DNA from: Giardia intestinalis
Lineage: Eukaryota
NCBI GenBank assembly: GCA_000002435.2
Contig: CM018790.1
Reading direction: 5' to 3' (one strand)
DNA: 64,000 bases
The stretch's first letter is position 1. Each line of letters starts with the position of its first letter. The notes beneath the pieces were generated by a model that made no database searches, was not told where the DNA came from, and saw nothing but the letters and a program-made list of their open reading frames with translations. The position numbers and the translations under genes were made by a program. Positions 17,530-28,500 of this stretch are shown piece after piece.

Positions 17530-19011
17530 TCAATCGGACGACGAGGTATCCGAGTCAATGGGCCCGAGAATCTTCTTATTGATAAAGAACGCTCCTGCAG
17601 GCTTAATGTCCGAGGTAGGCTTGGAAGCGTCCGCTGCAGTCGTGGGGGTTGCCGGCGCCGGTGGCTTTGAGGGAGACACAACCGCTGGAGGTGGCGGTGG
17701 TGGTGGCGACGTCGTCTTGAGCTGTGGCGGCGACGTTGCAGAAGATGCCGCTGCTGGTGCACTCGCTGCCTCTGACGCCGGCTTCAGTGATGCCGATGTC
17801 TGGTCCTCAACCTGAGTGCTCGGAGTAGTGTCTGGTTTGCTTACACTCCCCGAGGTTGATGCCTCGTGAGCCGATTCCTTGTGTTTGTCCTTTCCCTTGC
17901 CTTTGCCCTTAAACAGAGCAGCAAACTTGCCTATGCCCTGTTTGCTCCTGCTCACGCCTGCAGTGCCACACATGTTGCCGGTGATGAGATTAACCAAGAC
18001 GTATCTGAGGGTCTGGTCCCACTTATAGCCTTGAACAGCGACGGGAACCTGCAGAACAACAACGCTTCCTGCTTCGGAGGTAAACATGTGGTGCTCGGGT
18101 ATAGACGCGTTAATGTCTACGTTGCTGATGGAGAGATCCAGGCCGGTGAGACCGGGATACTTCTTGGTTATGGAATCGACCACCTCTGCTTCTGTGGCTC
18201 CTATTACAGCCCCTGCTGATTCAATGAGAGAGGCCGTCAGATCCATAACTGCGTCATCGGTAAACGCGTCTTTCAAAGCACTCGAAGTAATCTGCTGGGA
18301 GTCTTTAACTTCGATCTTCTTGGGAATGCTGGTTCCCGTGGAGCATCGCAGGAAGCCTGCAAGAGGAGCCAGCTGTTCTACCGCGGTATCAGAGATGTCA
18401 CTAATAGAGCTTTTGAACACGTCTGCCCTTGTCTGCGAGGAGCCAAGAAGAATGGCGTTTCCAGCAGAGGTAGCGACCTTCTCGAGGCGCATTGTTTCAA
18501 TTGATAGAGCCGTCTGATTTGCTTTATAAAAGTGGGCCGTAATGGATATAGTTAGCCTGGCAGTAATTGTGACGCTTGCATACGAGAGAAAGCCGCGCAG
18601 AATGGTGGGATCAAACCACTTGGCCTTGTTGATCGACGAGAAGCCGACGGGCCCCTGTACCACAGTCTTTGCCCAAATCCTCCAGTAGTTAGTACGGGCA
18701 TTATCATCTGTCCAGCTTATCTGAGGTTCAGCAACAATAACCTTGGCCGAAACAGGGTCTTTCGAGAGATCAGAGATGAGCTTCGAGACCTGATGGTAGA
18801 TGGACCGGCGTGTGGAGCTGCAAATACATGCATAGGAGAGACGCCTAAGAAGGATGGTTCGCACAACCGCGTCACGTTCCTCCGGGGTTGCATGCTCGGA
18901 AACGGGGAGCTTGCGAGACGAGTGGTAGGTGCTGTCAATAAGGTTGTCATCCTCACACCCGACAGGAACGCCAAGAGTCTTGTATGCGTGCACTGGAAGT
19001 GAGTCACTCAT
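17530..19011 (-). CDS. Hypothetical protein (493 aa) with a disordered Pro/Ser/Thr/Ala-rich C-terminal tail
   Basis: ATG-initiated ORF. A globular N-terminal region of about 370 aa is followed by GKGKGKDKHK and then a PPPPPPP-containing low-complexity tail. Confidence 0.5.
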   Translation of the reverse strand: MSDSLPVHAYKTLGVPVGCEDDNLIDSTYHSSRKLPVSEHATPEERDAVVRTILLRRLSYACICSSTRRSIYHQVSKLISDLSKDPVSAKVIVAEPQISWTDDNARTNYWRIWAKTVVQGPVGFSSINKAKWFDPTILRGFLSYASVTITARLTISITAHFYKANQTALSIETMRLEKVATSAGNAILLGSSQTRADVFKSSISDISDTAVEQLAPLAGFLRCSTGTSIPKKIEVKDSQQITSSALKDAFTDDAVMDLTASLIESAGAVIGATEAEVVDSITKKYPGLTGLDLSISNVDINASIPEHHMFTSEAGSVVVLQVPVAVQGYKWDQTLRYVLVNLITGNMCGTAGVSRSKQGIGKFAALFKGKGKGKDKHKESAHEASTSGSVSKPDTTPSTQVEDQTSASLKPASEAASAPAAASSATSPPQLKTTSPPPPPPPAVVSPSKPPAPATPTTAADASKPTSDIKPAGAFFINKKILGPIDSDTSSSD

Positions 19012-19188
19012 AGATTATAGGGTTTTTTGCAGTTTTTTCAAATGTCCAAACCACAGAGCTATGTCCGCATGCTCTTCGCCCTCCTTTCTCCCTCACGGCA
19101 GCCTTAGCCCTTGATTCGCACAGCTGTTGCCTGCACTCCCTTAATTTACTGGTTCCGCCCCTCTGTGTGCCCCAGAGCGTGACAGAGA

Positions 19189-20007
19189 TCAGTTTAGAAT
19201 GACCCAAGTAACATTACAAAGAGTAAATACCCTGCTATCGTCCTCTGTCGTGACAATAGTATTTTTCTCCACCACAATCCATACCGTATTAGACGAATAG
19301 TACGCCTTTTTGAATGACGATCCAATTGCACCGCTCCAATACTTGGTCATCTCCTTCATCAGAGGCTTAGTTATCTCGACTGTCTCGCCGCCGTATGGCT
19401 TTATTTTGTAAGTCGATATGCGGGAGGTGCCGCCCAGATCTTTGCTTGCAAAGGAGAACGACGACATCAGACTGCTGGCCACTGACAGGCAGCTAGAGTC
19501 CTCTAGCATGCTGCTACTACAAAGCGAAGAAGTACCGTTTGAAGCGCTCTCAAGAAAATCTATGAATTTGCTTTTGGAGGTATCAATCTGCAGTATAACG
19601 CGATAAATAAGAGAAGGGGCAAAGCTAGTCACATATTTGACGTAATTAGACACATATACATGCCCAACGACAAGGATATCGTGGGGCAGCCGGGTCCTAC
19701 ACGGACTCTCTATGGGGCTAGAGGCGTTTGTGGGACCAACTCGATACATGAACGACACCATAGCGTCCTTGGGGGACTCCAACTTGTTTATCGCTATAGA
19801 ATCAATTCCAAGAGAATCCAAGTCTAGATGTGTTTCGGACGGCATATGTTTGTCGGAGAGACAGCAGTTGCAGTCTGGAAAGGATAGTAGTATAGCCGGT
19901 TTGGACTTCTTTAAAGAATTTCTGCCCTTCAGAATCTTTATCAAGTTATGAGTCGAAAAGATATGGTCAACGACTCCCTGAATGGACGCTCTCACCTTGG
20001 CGGACAT
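19189..20007 (-). CDS. Hypothetical protein (272 aa)
   Basis: ATG-initiated ORF in a tail-to-head arrangement with its neighbours. I recognise no motifs. Confidence 0.45.
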   Translation of the reverse strand: MSAKVRASIQGVVDHIFSTHNLIKILKGRNSLKKSKPAILLSFPDCNCCLSDKHMPSETHLDLDSLGIDSIAINKLESPKDAMVSFMYRVGPTNASSPIESPCRTRLPHDILVVGHVYVSNYVKYVTSFAPSLIYRVILQIDTSKSKFIDFLESASNGTSSLCSSSMLEDSSCLSVASSLMSSFSFASKDLGGTSRISTYKIKPYGGETVEITKPLMKEMTKYWSGAIGSSFKKAYYSSNTVWIVVEKNTIVTTEDDSRVFTLCNVTWVILN

Positions 20008-20073
20008 AGATTCGCAGCCAAAATTTTTAGTTTAAGATTTTCCCTGCTAAGCCCTATTACGGCTTCCTTTCGT

Positions 20074-20781
20074 TTAATTCAGGGGACTATCGGGAGAGAG
20101 ACCGTGCCGCAGAATAGCAATATTGGTCATAAGCGTTTGCAGCTGAGCATTGAGCTCGGCTAACTCTGCTTCAAGGAAGTCGCGCTTGGAGACCGCGGCG
20201 TCCATTTCCCTTTGCAGCTCTAGAAGATTATTGTAAGCCTGCTGTCCAGGGTCATTTGCGCTCGAAGCTATAAATTTGATGATTTGAGCACTTTCCTGTT
20301 CCCTGCGCTTTTGGACCTTTTGAAGTTCTTCGTAGAAGAACCGGGCTTGGCTTTCCATTTGATCGGCTTTTGTGTTCTGCGCAGCCAGAATTGCCTCTGC
20401 TTCAGCCCGAGATTCGTTTGCGACTGTCTCTGCTTCTGTGATCTGCTTCTGTAGATTTTCTTTTATCATTTTTGCTTCCCTGCTTAGACCTTGCCGCTGT
20501 AGTTTATATTCTGCTGTCTTCTTGGCGGTGGTTGCGATAGCATCATCAACAGATGCCTCCAAATCTTCTATGGCAGATAATTTTGCCGCATACTCTTCTC
20601 GTAGAGCAGCAGAGCGGGCGCTGAACTCGTCTCTTATCGCCTGAAACCGCTCCTGCTGTAGTTTTTTGAGCTCAGCTTCGAATCGTGCCGTCTCGGCGCT
20701 CTTCCAAAGATTGAACTCCCAAGCAATGGCCACATCTCTCTCGTCCTGATAGTCTATAAGGCCTTCGGGGGCTGATTGCAT
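20074..20781 (-). CDS. Coiled-coil protein (235 aa)
   Basis: Heptad-rich, E/K/Q/A-rich sequence throughout (…ELKKLQQERFQAIRDEF…AELAELNAQLQTL…). Confidence 0.5.
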   Translation of the reverse strand: MQSAPEGLIDYQDERDVAIAWEFNLWKSAETARFEAELKKLQQERFQAIRDEFSARSAALREEYAAKLSAIEDLEASVDDAIATTAKKTAEYKLQRQGLSREAKMIKENLQKQITEAETVANESRAEAEAILAAQNTKADQMESQARFFYEELQKVQKRREQESAQIIKFIASSANDPGQQAYNNLLELQREMDAAVSKRDFLEAELAELNAQLQTLMTNIAILRHGLSPDSPLN

Positions 20782-20962
20782 GGGCTACCACGGGTCCAGA
20801 GGTGCTCAAGTAGAACTAAGACAAATTTTGGATTTTGGCGTCTGAGTGTTGCGAGTGGGATTTACTGCGCTCGTTAGCTGCTACAAGACTTTGTTGCGCT
20901 GAGATTAGAGTAGATTACTGTCTGGAGAGTAATGTTGAGCTGGTAGTCGCTGGAGATGAGCT

Positions 20963-21382
20963 TTAGTAGTTGGTCGGCCATGACTCGACCCGCTCGACAA
21001 TGAATCTACCGTCACGTCCGCTTGTTACATTTGTACATGGAGGAACGACACCAGTCCTCGTGGCTCCCAAGTGCCAATCCAAACACTCCACCGGACTGAG
21101 GGAGATGTTGAAGCGGGAGTCGTGTTTGACAACGAAGTGCGAAGCCTGGCCACTATTGCCATCCGTATGTACTTCTCCGTTTGGGTCCACACGCAGCCAA
21201 TATTTAGTGCTTTCTGCGGAGTTGAGCTTAATGTGGTTGGCATCTATGCGATGAACTATAAAAACTGCGTCAGGTCCCTTTCCACCGGTTGCATTGACCT
21301 CTCCTGTCCTCATTATTCTTAGATATTTGCCTGTGTTGCAAGAACGTAGGCGGATCAGCGCTCTGTTAGCCAACTCTATCAT
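20963..21382 (-). CDS. Single beta-trefoil protein of the fascin/hisactophilin-like type
   Basis: The 139-aa sequence shows the pattern GKYLRI...G.V.A...G..AVF.V......IKL.S......YWLRV...G.V......G..S.F.V, which is typical of fascin-domain beta-trefoils. Confidence 0.5.
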   Translation of the reverse strand: MIELANRALIRLRSCNTGKYLRIMRTGEVNATGGKGPDAVFIVHRIDANHIKLNSAESTKYWLRVDPNGEVHTDGNSGQASHFVVKHDSRFNISLSPVECLDWHLGATRTGVVPPCTNVTSGRDGRFIVERVESWPTNY

Positions 21383-21458
21383 TATTTTTTCCCTGCTTCG
21401 TCACTAACCCTCGCTCCGCATCAGGCAAACGTTGCTTGTGCTAATCTTAGAAATAAAG

Positions 21459-22562
21459 TTATGCTTCCTTTTGAAAGCCCTTTATTTGCCTAATGAGAAG
21501 CCGAACGCACTTGGAGAGGGCATGGCTTTCGAGGTCCTTCAAGCCATATGAAATTTCGGCCGAATATACTATGAACCCGCCGATTAGAGACAATAATCTA
21601 TCGTTGTAGGTGCCTTCCTTGACTGCTGTATGAAGGCAATCAATATGAACTACCATTATAGCACTAGGTGTGAAGGGTTGTATCTCCTGAGGTGGATCTA
21701 AAGCTGCATCTGGGTGGGCCATTGCATACAGCTGCTCGATTAACTTTGTGAGCTGGTGTTTCCGGTTAGTATCTATAAAGGAGTACCTCGCCAGAAAGAG
21801 CACGTATAAGAGTGCAAAGCTCTCAATGCACTTGGCATCATGCACTATCCCCGCTTTAAAGTAGAAGTCCCAGCAACGCGTTGCTTCTCTGACGTCTCCA
21901 CCAAGAATGCCAGCAATAATACTAACTCTTGCAGCACACGTGGCCTCCTTTCCTTCTACACCTTGTACGCGATAGTCATACCGTATGGCATATATCCGCG
22001 CCTGAAACAAAAGGTAGTTAGGGTCGTACGGCGGGTCTAGGAGTTCAGGAGTTGGATCCGGCCGTGGCACAATGTTAGACTCAAAGAACTCTCTGCTGAA
22101 GACGTCTAGAGCTTTAGCTAGGGTGTCCGGCGTTCTCACTTCACTGGCTAAAGGTATATCAGCAGAACGTGTCATCCTCTTATCTATCTGAGTGGACTTG
22201 CCAATCACTGTGGAAGCTGAGATGAACTCTTGCTTTTCCTGGTTATACTTTTTGACAGAGTTACTTAGCTCAGTGCTCAACCGCTGGTCCTTGGCAGCTT
22301 GCTCTGCAGCCTTACTTGCTTGGATGTCTGTGTAATTAGCGCGGAACTCTGCGAGGCTTTTCTTATCTTTTACGAGGCAGTTATACAAATCAGTGATCCA
22401 CTTGTCGTGATCCTTTTGCTTAAGGATTCCAAGTATCTTTGGGTATTCAAACTTGCAGGTGGACTGGAGCCTCCTTAGGATTTTCAACCGTCCAGAGACC
22501 CGTGCAGCATCAGCCAATCCGATGTTCTGACGAGCACTCTTTTCAAAAGTATCGAAGTCCAT
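21459..22562 (-). CDS. Hypothetical alpha-helical protein (367 aa)
   Basis: ATG-initiated ORF transcribed divergently from the GCN1-like gene across a 36-bp A/T-rich promoter. No confident domain match. Confidence 0.5.
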   Translation of the reverse strand: MDFDTFEKSARQNIGLADAARVSGRLKILRRLQSTCKFEYPKILGILKQKDHDKWITDLYNCLVKDKKSLAEFRANYTDIQASKAAEQAAKDQRLSTELSNSVKKYNQEKQEFISASTVIGKSTQIDKRMTRSADIPLASEVRTPDTLAKALDVFSREFFESNIVPRPDPTPELLDPPYDPNYLLFQARIYAIRYDYRVQGVEGKEATCAARVSIIAGILGGDVREATRCWDFYFKAGIVHDAKCIESFALLYVLFLARYSFIDTNRKHQLTKLIEQLYAMAHPDAALDPPQEIQPFTPSAIMVVHIDCLHTAVKEGTYNDRLLSLIGGFIVYSAEISYGLKDLESHALSKCVRLLIRQIKGFQKEA

Positions 22563-22598
22563 AGACGCAGCCCTCGAGTTAGACTGACCAAATTAAAA
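22563..22598. promoter_or_regulatory. 36-bp bidirectional A/T-rich promoter region
   Basis: This is the entire interval between the divergent start codons at 22562 (-) and 22599 (+). It ends ...ccaaattaaaaATG. Confidence 0.5.
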
Positions 22599-25500
22599 AT
22601 GTCCGGCCGCCACTCTTCGGAGCAGGAGATTGAAAAGTTAACGAAGCAGGCCGAAGAGACTTTAGTCTTAGACCACCTGCCAGCGATCGCTAAGTATGGG
22701 TCGACCGAACAGATCCTTCGCCTCTGGCCGATAATGCTTACAGATGCGCGGCGGCTCACTGGCCGCTACATTCGTTCTTACGAGTACGTTCTCCGTTATG
22801 CGCTTAAGCACGTCGATGACTCTCTGCCCGCCGAGGTTGAGCGCCTCCTGGGCTGCTTGACTTCTCTAATGCAGAGACAACCAACAGCGTTTTTGACATT
22901 TCTCGTTGAGTCGCTGAGTCATTGGCACACTTACGTGATAGCTAGTGTCAAATTGCGGGACTATCTCCTGTCTCTTCTCTTTGACGCATATCTGGAAGAC
23001 AAGCCAAGAGTGGATAGCACTAAGCTGCGAGCTGCGATACTAAACTGCAGGGATAGTAGCTTTACGATCTGCCGGATCATTTCGGGAGATTTGTCTATGC
23101 AGAAAAAGACATCTTTAACTATTCGTAACATTGATTCATTGTTAAGCCTTTTAACGCAGTCCCGAGATAGCCATATATCTAACGAATATGACCTCCTTAT
23201 TAATAAGCTTGGCGAAGTGCTTAATGCAAAAGCGTCGACTCGCTTGCAGGGCACGCTACTGTTTCTTTTAAATACGACGCAAAATCCTGCAACTACCTTG
23301 GCCAATCTGGCTGACACATTTAAGCTATACTTAGGTGAAGACGTCTTTTTACACTTACTAAGAATTTATGGATCCTCAGTTGCTGTAACTGAGCCGTTCG
23401 TAGATGAGATACCCATAGATTCTGACTACTTTGATCAAAAACTGGCTGTGATAGAGGCAAGCTATCTTAAGTCACCATTAGTAACACTTGATACTATCTT
23501 TACGGTGCTTCACGAATATTGCAGACAGGCCTCCACAGATACATTGCTTGCTAGCTTTTCCCTTTTCTGGAGTAGATTGTACAAACTATTGTTGCATACT
23601 GATACCATTCACTCTACCTACACCCCAGTTGTGGGCCTTTTGCTCACGTGCCTTGCGTCTATTTTCGCATCGTCTCTTCACAGGGAGGAAAGAATACGAA
23701 CTTGGGAGGAGATTCTTTATCAAGGACTTATTGCACGTGCATTTAACGACGTTGATCATCTAGCTCTTCTGAATGCCTCCTTTCGCGCCATTGGGCCACT
23801 GCCGGCAGATCATGGGAAGCTTTGGCTATGCTTGGCTTACATGCACTTCTCGGTTCGCACTAACTTGATTCGGGGATACTCTTGGTCTGCACCCACTAGA
23901 GTATCTATATCCAGCTTCGATTCATGTTCACAGCTCCTTTATAAGCTCATTTGCAGTGTAGATCTTCAGGTATTCTTCAGGCAGACACGCCATCTTCTCA
24001 CACACTCTTCGATTTCATGTCTTGTTACTAGTCTGTGCCAGTCTATGCGGTTAGATCCTAGCATTGCTGAGCTTCTAAGCCTCACTGATAAGGACAGGTC
24101 GATTTTGTGTGCATCATCTCAAACTGTATCTGATCTCCACTCTCCACGTCTTCAGCCGCCCGAGATGCCTAAGCTAGATCCGGATGATCTAAAGGGGGAG
24201 CAACAGTACAAACAGAGTCTTGCCAAGTACAACGAAGTGCGAGCTCAGGTTCTCGCATTTGAAGATACCCGGCGGAAGCATATCCTTGGTCTTCTGGACT
24301 CTCTGGAGCAGCGTATTTGGACATATGTGACAGCGTGGGCGTCATTCCCATCACAATTTGTCGCCTCCACACTTAAGCAGGCTACTGCGCTTGCGCTAGA
24401 GCTTGCTTCTGCCGTTGACGGGCTCTCTTCATCCAGTGCATCGGCACTTGTCAAGATACTCGTGGCCTTACTGAACTATGGGCTCTCTCTTTGTATTGAG
24501 AAAGCTCTCAATAAGTGCTCTTCAGATACTCATGAAGATACCGGACCCGGGGGTAAGTTCAGGTACTCTTTCATCCCGTGTTATATACATAACCCGGCGT
24601 TTCTTATTATGGCCATTATACTCTTGATAAAGAGGACAGGTGAGCAGTCCAATCGGCAGCTTTATGACCACTTTCTTTCAATACTATCTTCGAACGATGT
24701 ACAGGCCCGCATCAGACAACAGAACCGTCTCTACATGCAAATTGCGTTCACAAACTGCTTGGCAAATAATGTGCTTGTCGGTGGAGAATCTTTCCAATCG
24801 TTGGCCTACCTATCAAATGTCGCTTGTTACACGCTTTCTTCTCAATCTACGGTGGGGCATGGTTCATACTTTATGCTTCAAGCTGCTATGCCGTTATTCC
24901 ACGCATTTCTTGATGTCGAAGACAAGACCGTTGTTACACTAAGCGCAAAACAGTTAATCTTTGAATATATGAATGCCGTATTGGTCGTCACTCCTGAAGC
25001 CGTTCAACAATCGATGCCTAGGCAGTTCTATCGGGACTTTCTAGAGCAGCTCCTGAAGCTTCTGGACTATGGGGAGTCATCTAGATTGGGACGCACGATT
25101 CTAAAGATCTTCTGTGAAAACATACCATTTAGCTGCGTAGACTCATCTATAATTCAGCCTCTACTGAAGAATATGTCCCATCCAACTCAGAGATCGAACA
25201 GACACATGGCTATCGACGGGCTAATGGCCTTAAAGTTCACTACTCAAGATCTTCAGCACAGGCCATCTTTGATTAACACCCCAGAGCTTTGCTGTCAGTT
25301 CTTTATTGCTAGAACAGAGTTCCCCTTGGACAATTTTGACCGATTCATTGCCTCCCATCTCCACACGCCCCTACTTGTGGAGCAGCCAGTAGGGCTTCTC
25401 AGAGCGTTTTTAACATATGTTCTAACGACTAACTGCTCACTATATGTCTTAGGTCTTTTCCCAAAAACCCTGGAGAACCTTCTTGGGCGGCTTTTACAAT

Positions 25501-28500
25501 ATGAGCAGCGTACCATTTATCTTGCTTATATCATCCTTATTAACAAGCTTGTGTGCTCCTATACAACTGTTGAGGACTCGCCTGTGGACGTTGGGACTCC
25601 CGCTGCGTTTTTGCGACGTCAGCTGTGGACAGCCATCTCTATTGTCACTCAGCTATTGACGGCCAATAACATCACTGTTTTTCAGTGCCAGCAAGCAGTT
25701 ACCGTTCTAGGCGCCCCAGAGCTTCTTCTAGCAGGGTCTCTTTCAATGCTCCCGTCACACTCGTTTCCAATAGCATGTAATATAACGCTCAATGAGCATT
25801 CTTCGGAGAAGCACAGAAGGATCCAGAAACTGAGGGAAGAGTGCTTATTTGTACGCTGTAATACTTCGGCTCCAGAAGACCTTAAGGTTAACCCGCATCT
25901 TGTTGTGGTGCCGAACTATTTCAGTGAGGACATAGTACTGGATACTTTACGGGCAAGTCCTTATATTTTTGTCCATCAGGATCCCGCAGAGCTGTCGTGT
26001 TTAGAACTGCTTGTTAGGTTTGCCTTGGTCGTGGGCTTTTTGGACTTCGACGAGAGCTGTCGGCGCAGCTGTGTAGACGCTATTTCGTCCATTTTCATGT
26101 CTTACGGAGTCAAATATAAAAACCAAATTTGCTTCATCAAAAGCTCGACAAGGAATGATTACATGGCCTCTGTAGTAATCCCCGAGTCTGCCATTTATCT
26201 CGCACAGTCTGCTGTAGATTATGGAACACTCTTATTGAAGCATGGCAATTTCTACAAGTATTTACTGCACCAGGAGTCCCTCATCCACTATCTGGATATA
26301 AATGGGATCTCCTCGATCATCACTGTCCTGACAGATGTATGCTCCTGGCTTCCATGCTCTCACTCCTTCCGAGATCAATTCTTTGACTTCCTCACGGAAG
26401 CATTGAAGCTTCAGGACAATACAGACAGCCGTGTTCTTTACCATGCTATTGTGAGGAATGTCTCTCGTGCGTTTCCTCCAGATGCTCCAGAAGCCCTGGA
26501 ATATGCCATCAAGGTGCTGATACCTCGCTTTGGGGATACATGCATTAAGCATCTTGACACGTATCCAGGGGCTCCTTTCGCTCTGGCCGGTATCTCTGCA
26601 TATTATGGCCTGGAGTGCTTAATTGGGGATCAGGGGGTAATTTCAACATACCTCCTCCCTCTCTTTGGGCCAGCAGATCATATCAGTACTCTTGGAAAGG
26701 CTAGCACCACTGAGGTGCGCCAAATACTAGTTGCGTTGGCTCTCCTGGAAGGACTCTACATCGGATTTGGACAGCTATTTGAGCCTTGCTTGGTCCTTGT
26801 TTTGCCATACATATTGAAGCTCTCTGGATCGCCTAACAAAACTATTGCTCAGAGGCTTGATGAAATACATGAAAAGCTTCTCGGCAACTTGTCTCCCTTT
26901 GGCATGCAGTATATCCTGTCAACTCTTCTAAAGGCGCTAGATGCATCATCCGATTGGAACGAACGTTACGGTGCCCTCACGCTCATGTATTGCATCTGCA
27001 CATTCAATAGTGCCGTCATCTCGCATTCCCTACTTAAGAGCATTATCTTCAGCATGCTTCCTCGCGTGATTCCCGTTGTTCTAGACATCATCGTGTCTGA
27101 AGTTAATGCTAAGGTCAAAGAAGCTGCGCAGAAAACCATGGACATCATTACCCTATCAGTGCAATCACCAGACATACGCCCATATGTTTCGCGGATACTA
27201 GCTGCATTCACAGACCCGTCGCTACTTCGAGACATTCTCTGCGACGTGTCAGACATAAAGTTTAAGACCAAGCTTGACGGCGCATCTTTGACTCTGCTAG
27301 TTCCTCTTTGCAGAAAGGCTATAACGATGCCCACGGCAACTATATACAGCATTGGGAGAAACAGGATGGACGGTGTACATACAAAGGTGCTTGCTTGCGA
27401 ATGTTTGGCTCTTTGCTGCAAGATTAGCAACACTATGGATCTCAAGGAGCACGCAGCCTTGATTAAACAGTCTCTGAAGTCTACCTTGATAGAGACAAGG
27501 CCTGAGATACGCTCTGCTGGTGCAAAATCGCTTGCCATTCTTGCGACTGCCATTCCAGCTGACGCTAACGGCATTGTTAATGAGCTCTGGTCGAGCATCT
27601 TCCTTAAGAGTAAGGTCCCGTACGCGGAAGCACACGGATTAGCAGAGGCTATTAGCACAGTTCTGGTTGATCTAGATCGGGCTGACGAACTTTACCAGCA
27701 CCTACGTTTATTCTACTACTTCCGTTGCAATTGGACGTTTGGGAAGCAATCGCTGGAGATCTCCGACACCATGGCAGATCATCTTTGTCGGCAGTATCAA
27801 TCTGCTAACGCCGTTACCTTCCTTTTAATATTGCAATATATGACCAAGCGCATTGTGGAGCGTAAGGACCTTGACCAAGAAGCGGAATTTATCAAGCTTT
27901 TCTTCAGAGAGGCGTTCTCGATGATCTTTATATCGGCTATGGATAACGTTCAGGATGCAAGTTATTTCCTTGATGTGCGTTCTCAAATTGCTCGTATCTT
28001 GGCAACGTCCTTCCTCGGTACAGACAACTCTCAAATAGAATCTATTCTGCAGACGATAAAGATCTTTGCCTTTTCTGAGGATCATTCAACAAGGGCGCTT
28101 TGTGCATCTCTTACGGCAGATATTATCAGCGACTTGGGGTCAGAGACTATGTCCACTATCCTAGAGTCCCAGCCAGATGACAAGAGCAAGAAGGCTAAGG
28201 CTCTACTCAATGAAGCTTACTATTCTCTGGGAGAAAGAAGTGAGAAAACAAAGATCTTCATTCCAGACAATGCTGTTAAGCATGCCATTACACGTCTTGG
28301 GAAGAGCAACTTCGAACTGCTTATGTCCATCATCTTTGTGCTGCGACTAGATCCTGTCTCAGAGGTGCGAACTCAGGCGATGACCACGTGGAAGGCCATC
28401 GTCCAAAAGCCTCTGGAGATGACACGGGAGTGTATGCCCAATATCAACAAGCTTCTTTTCGAAATGAGCAACTGTATTGACCCCACAGAGGTAGTCGAGC

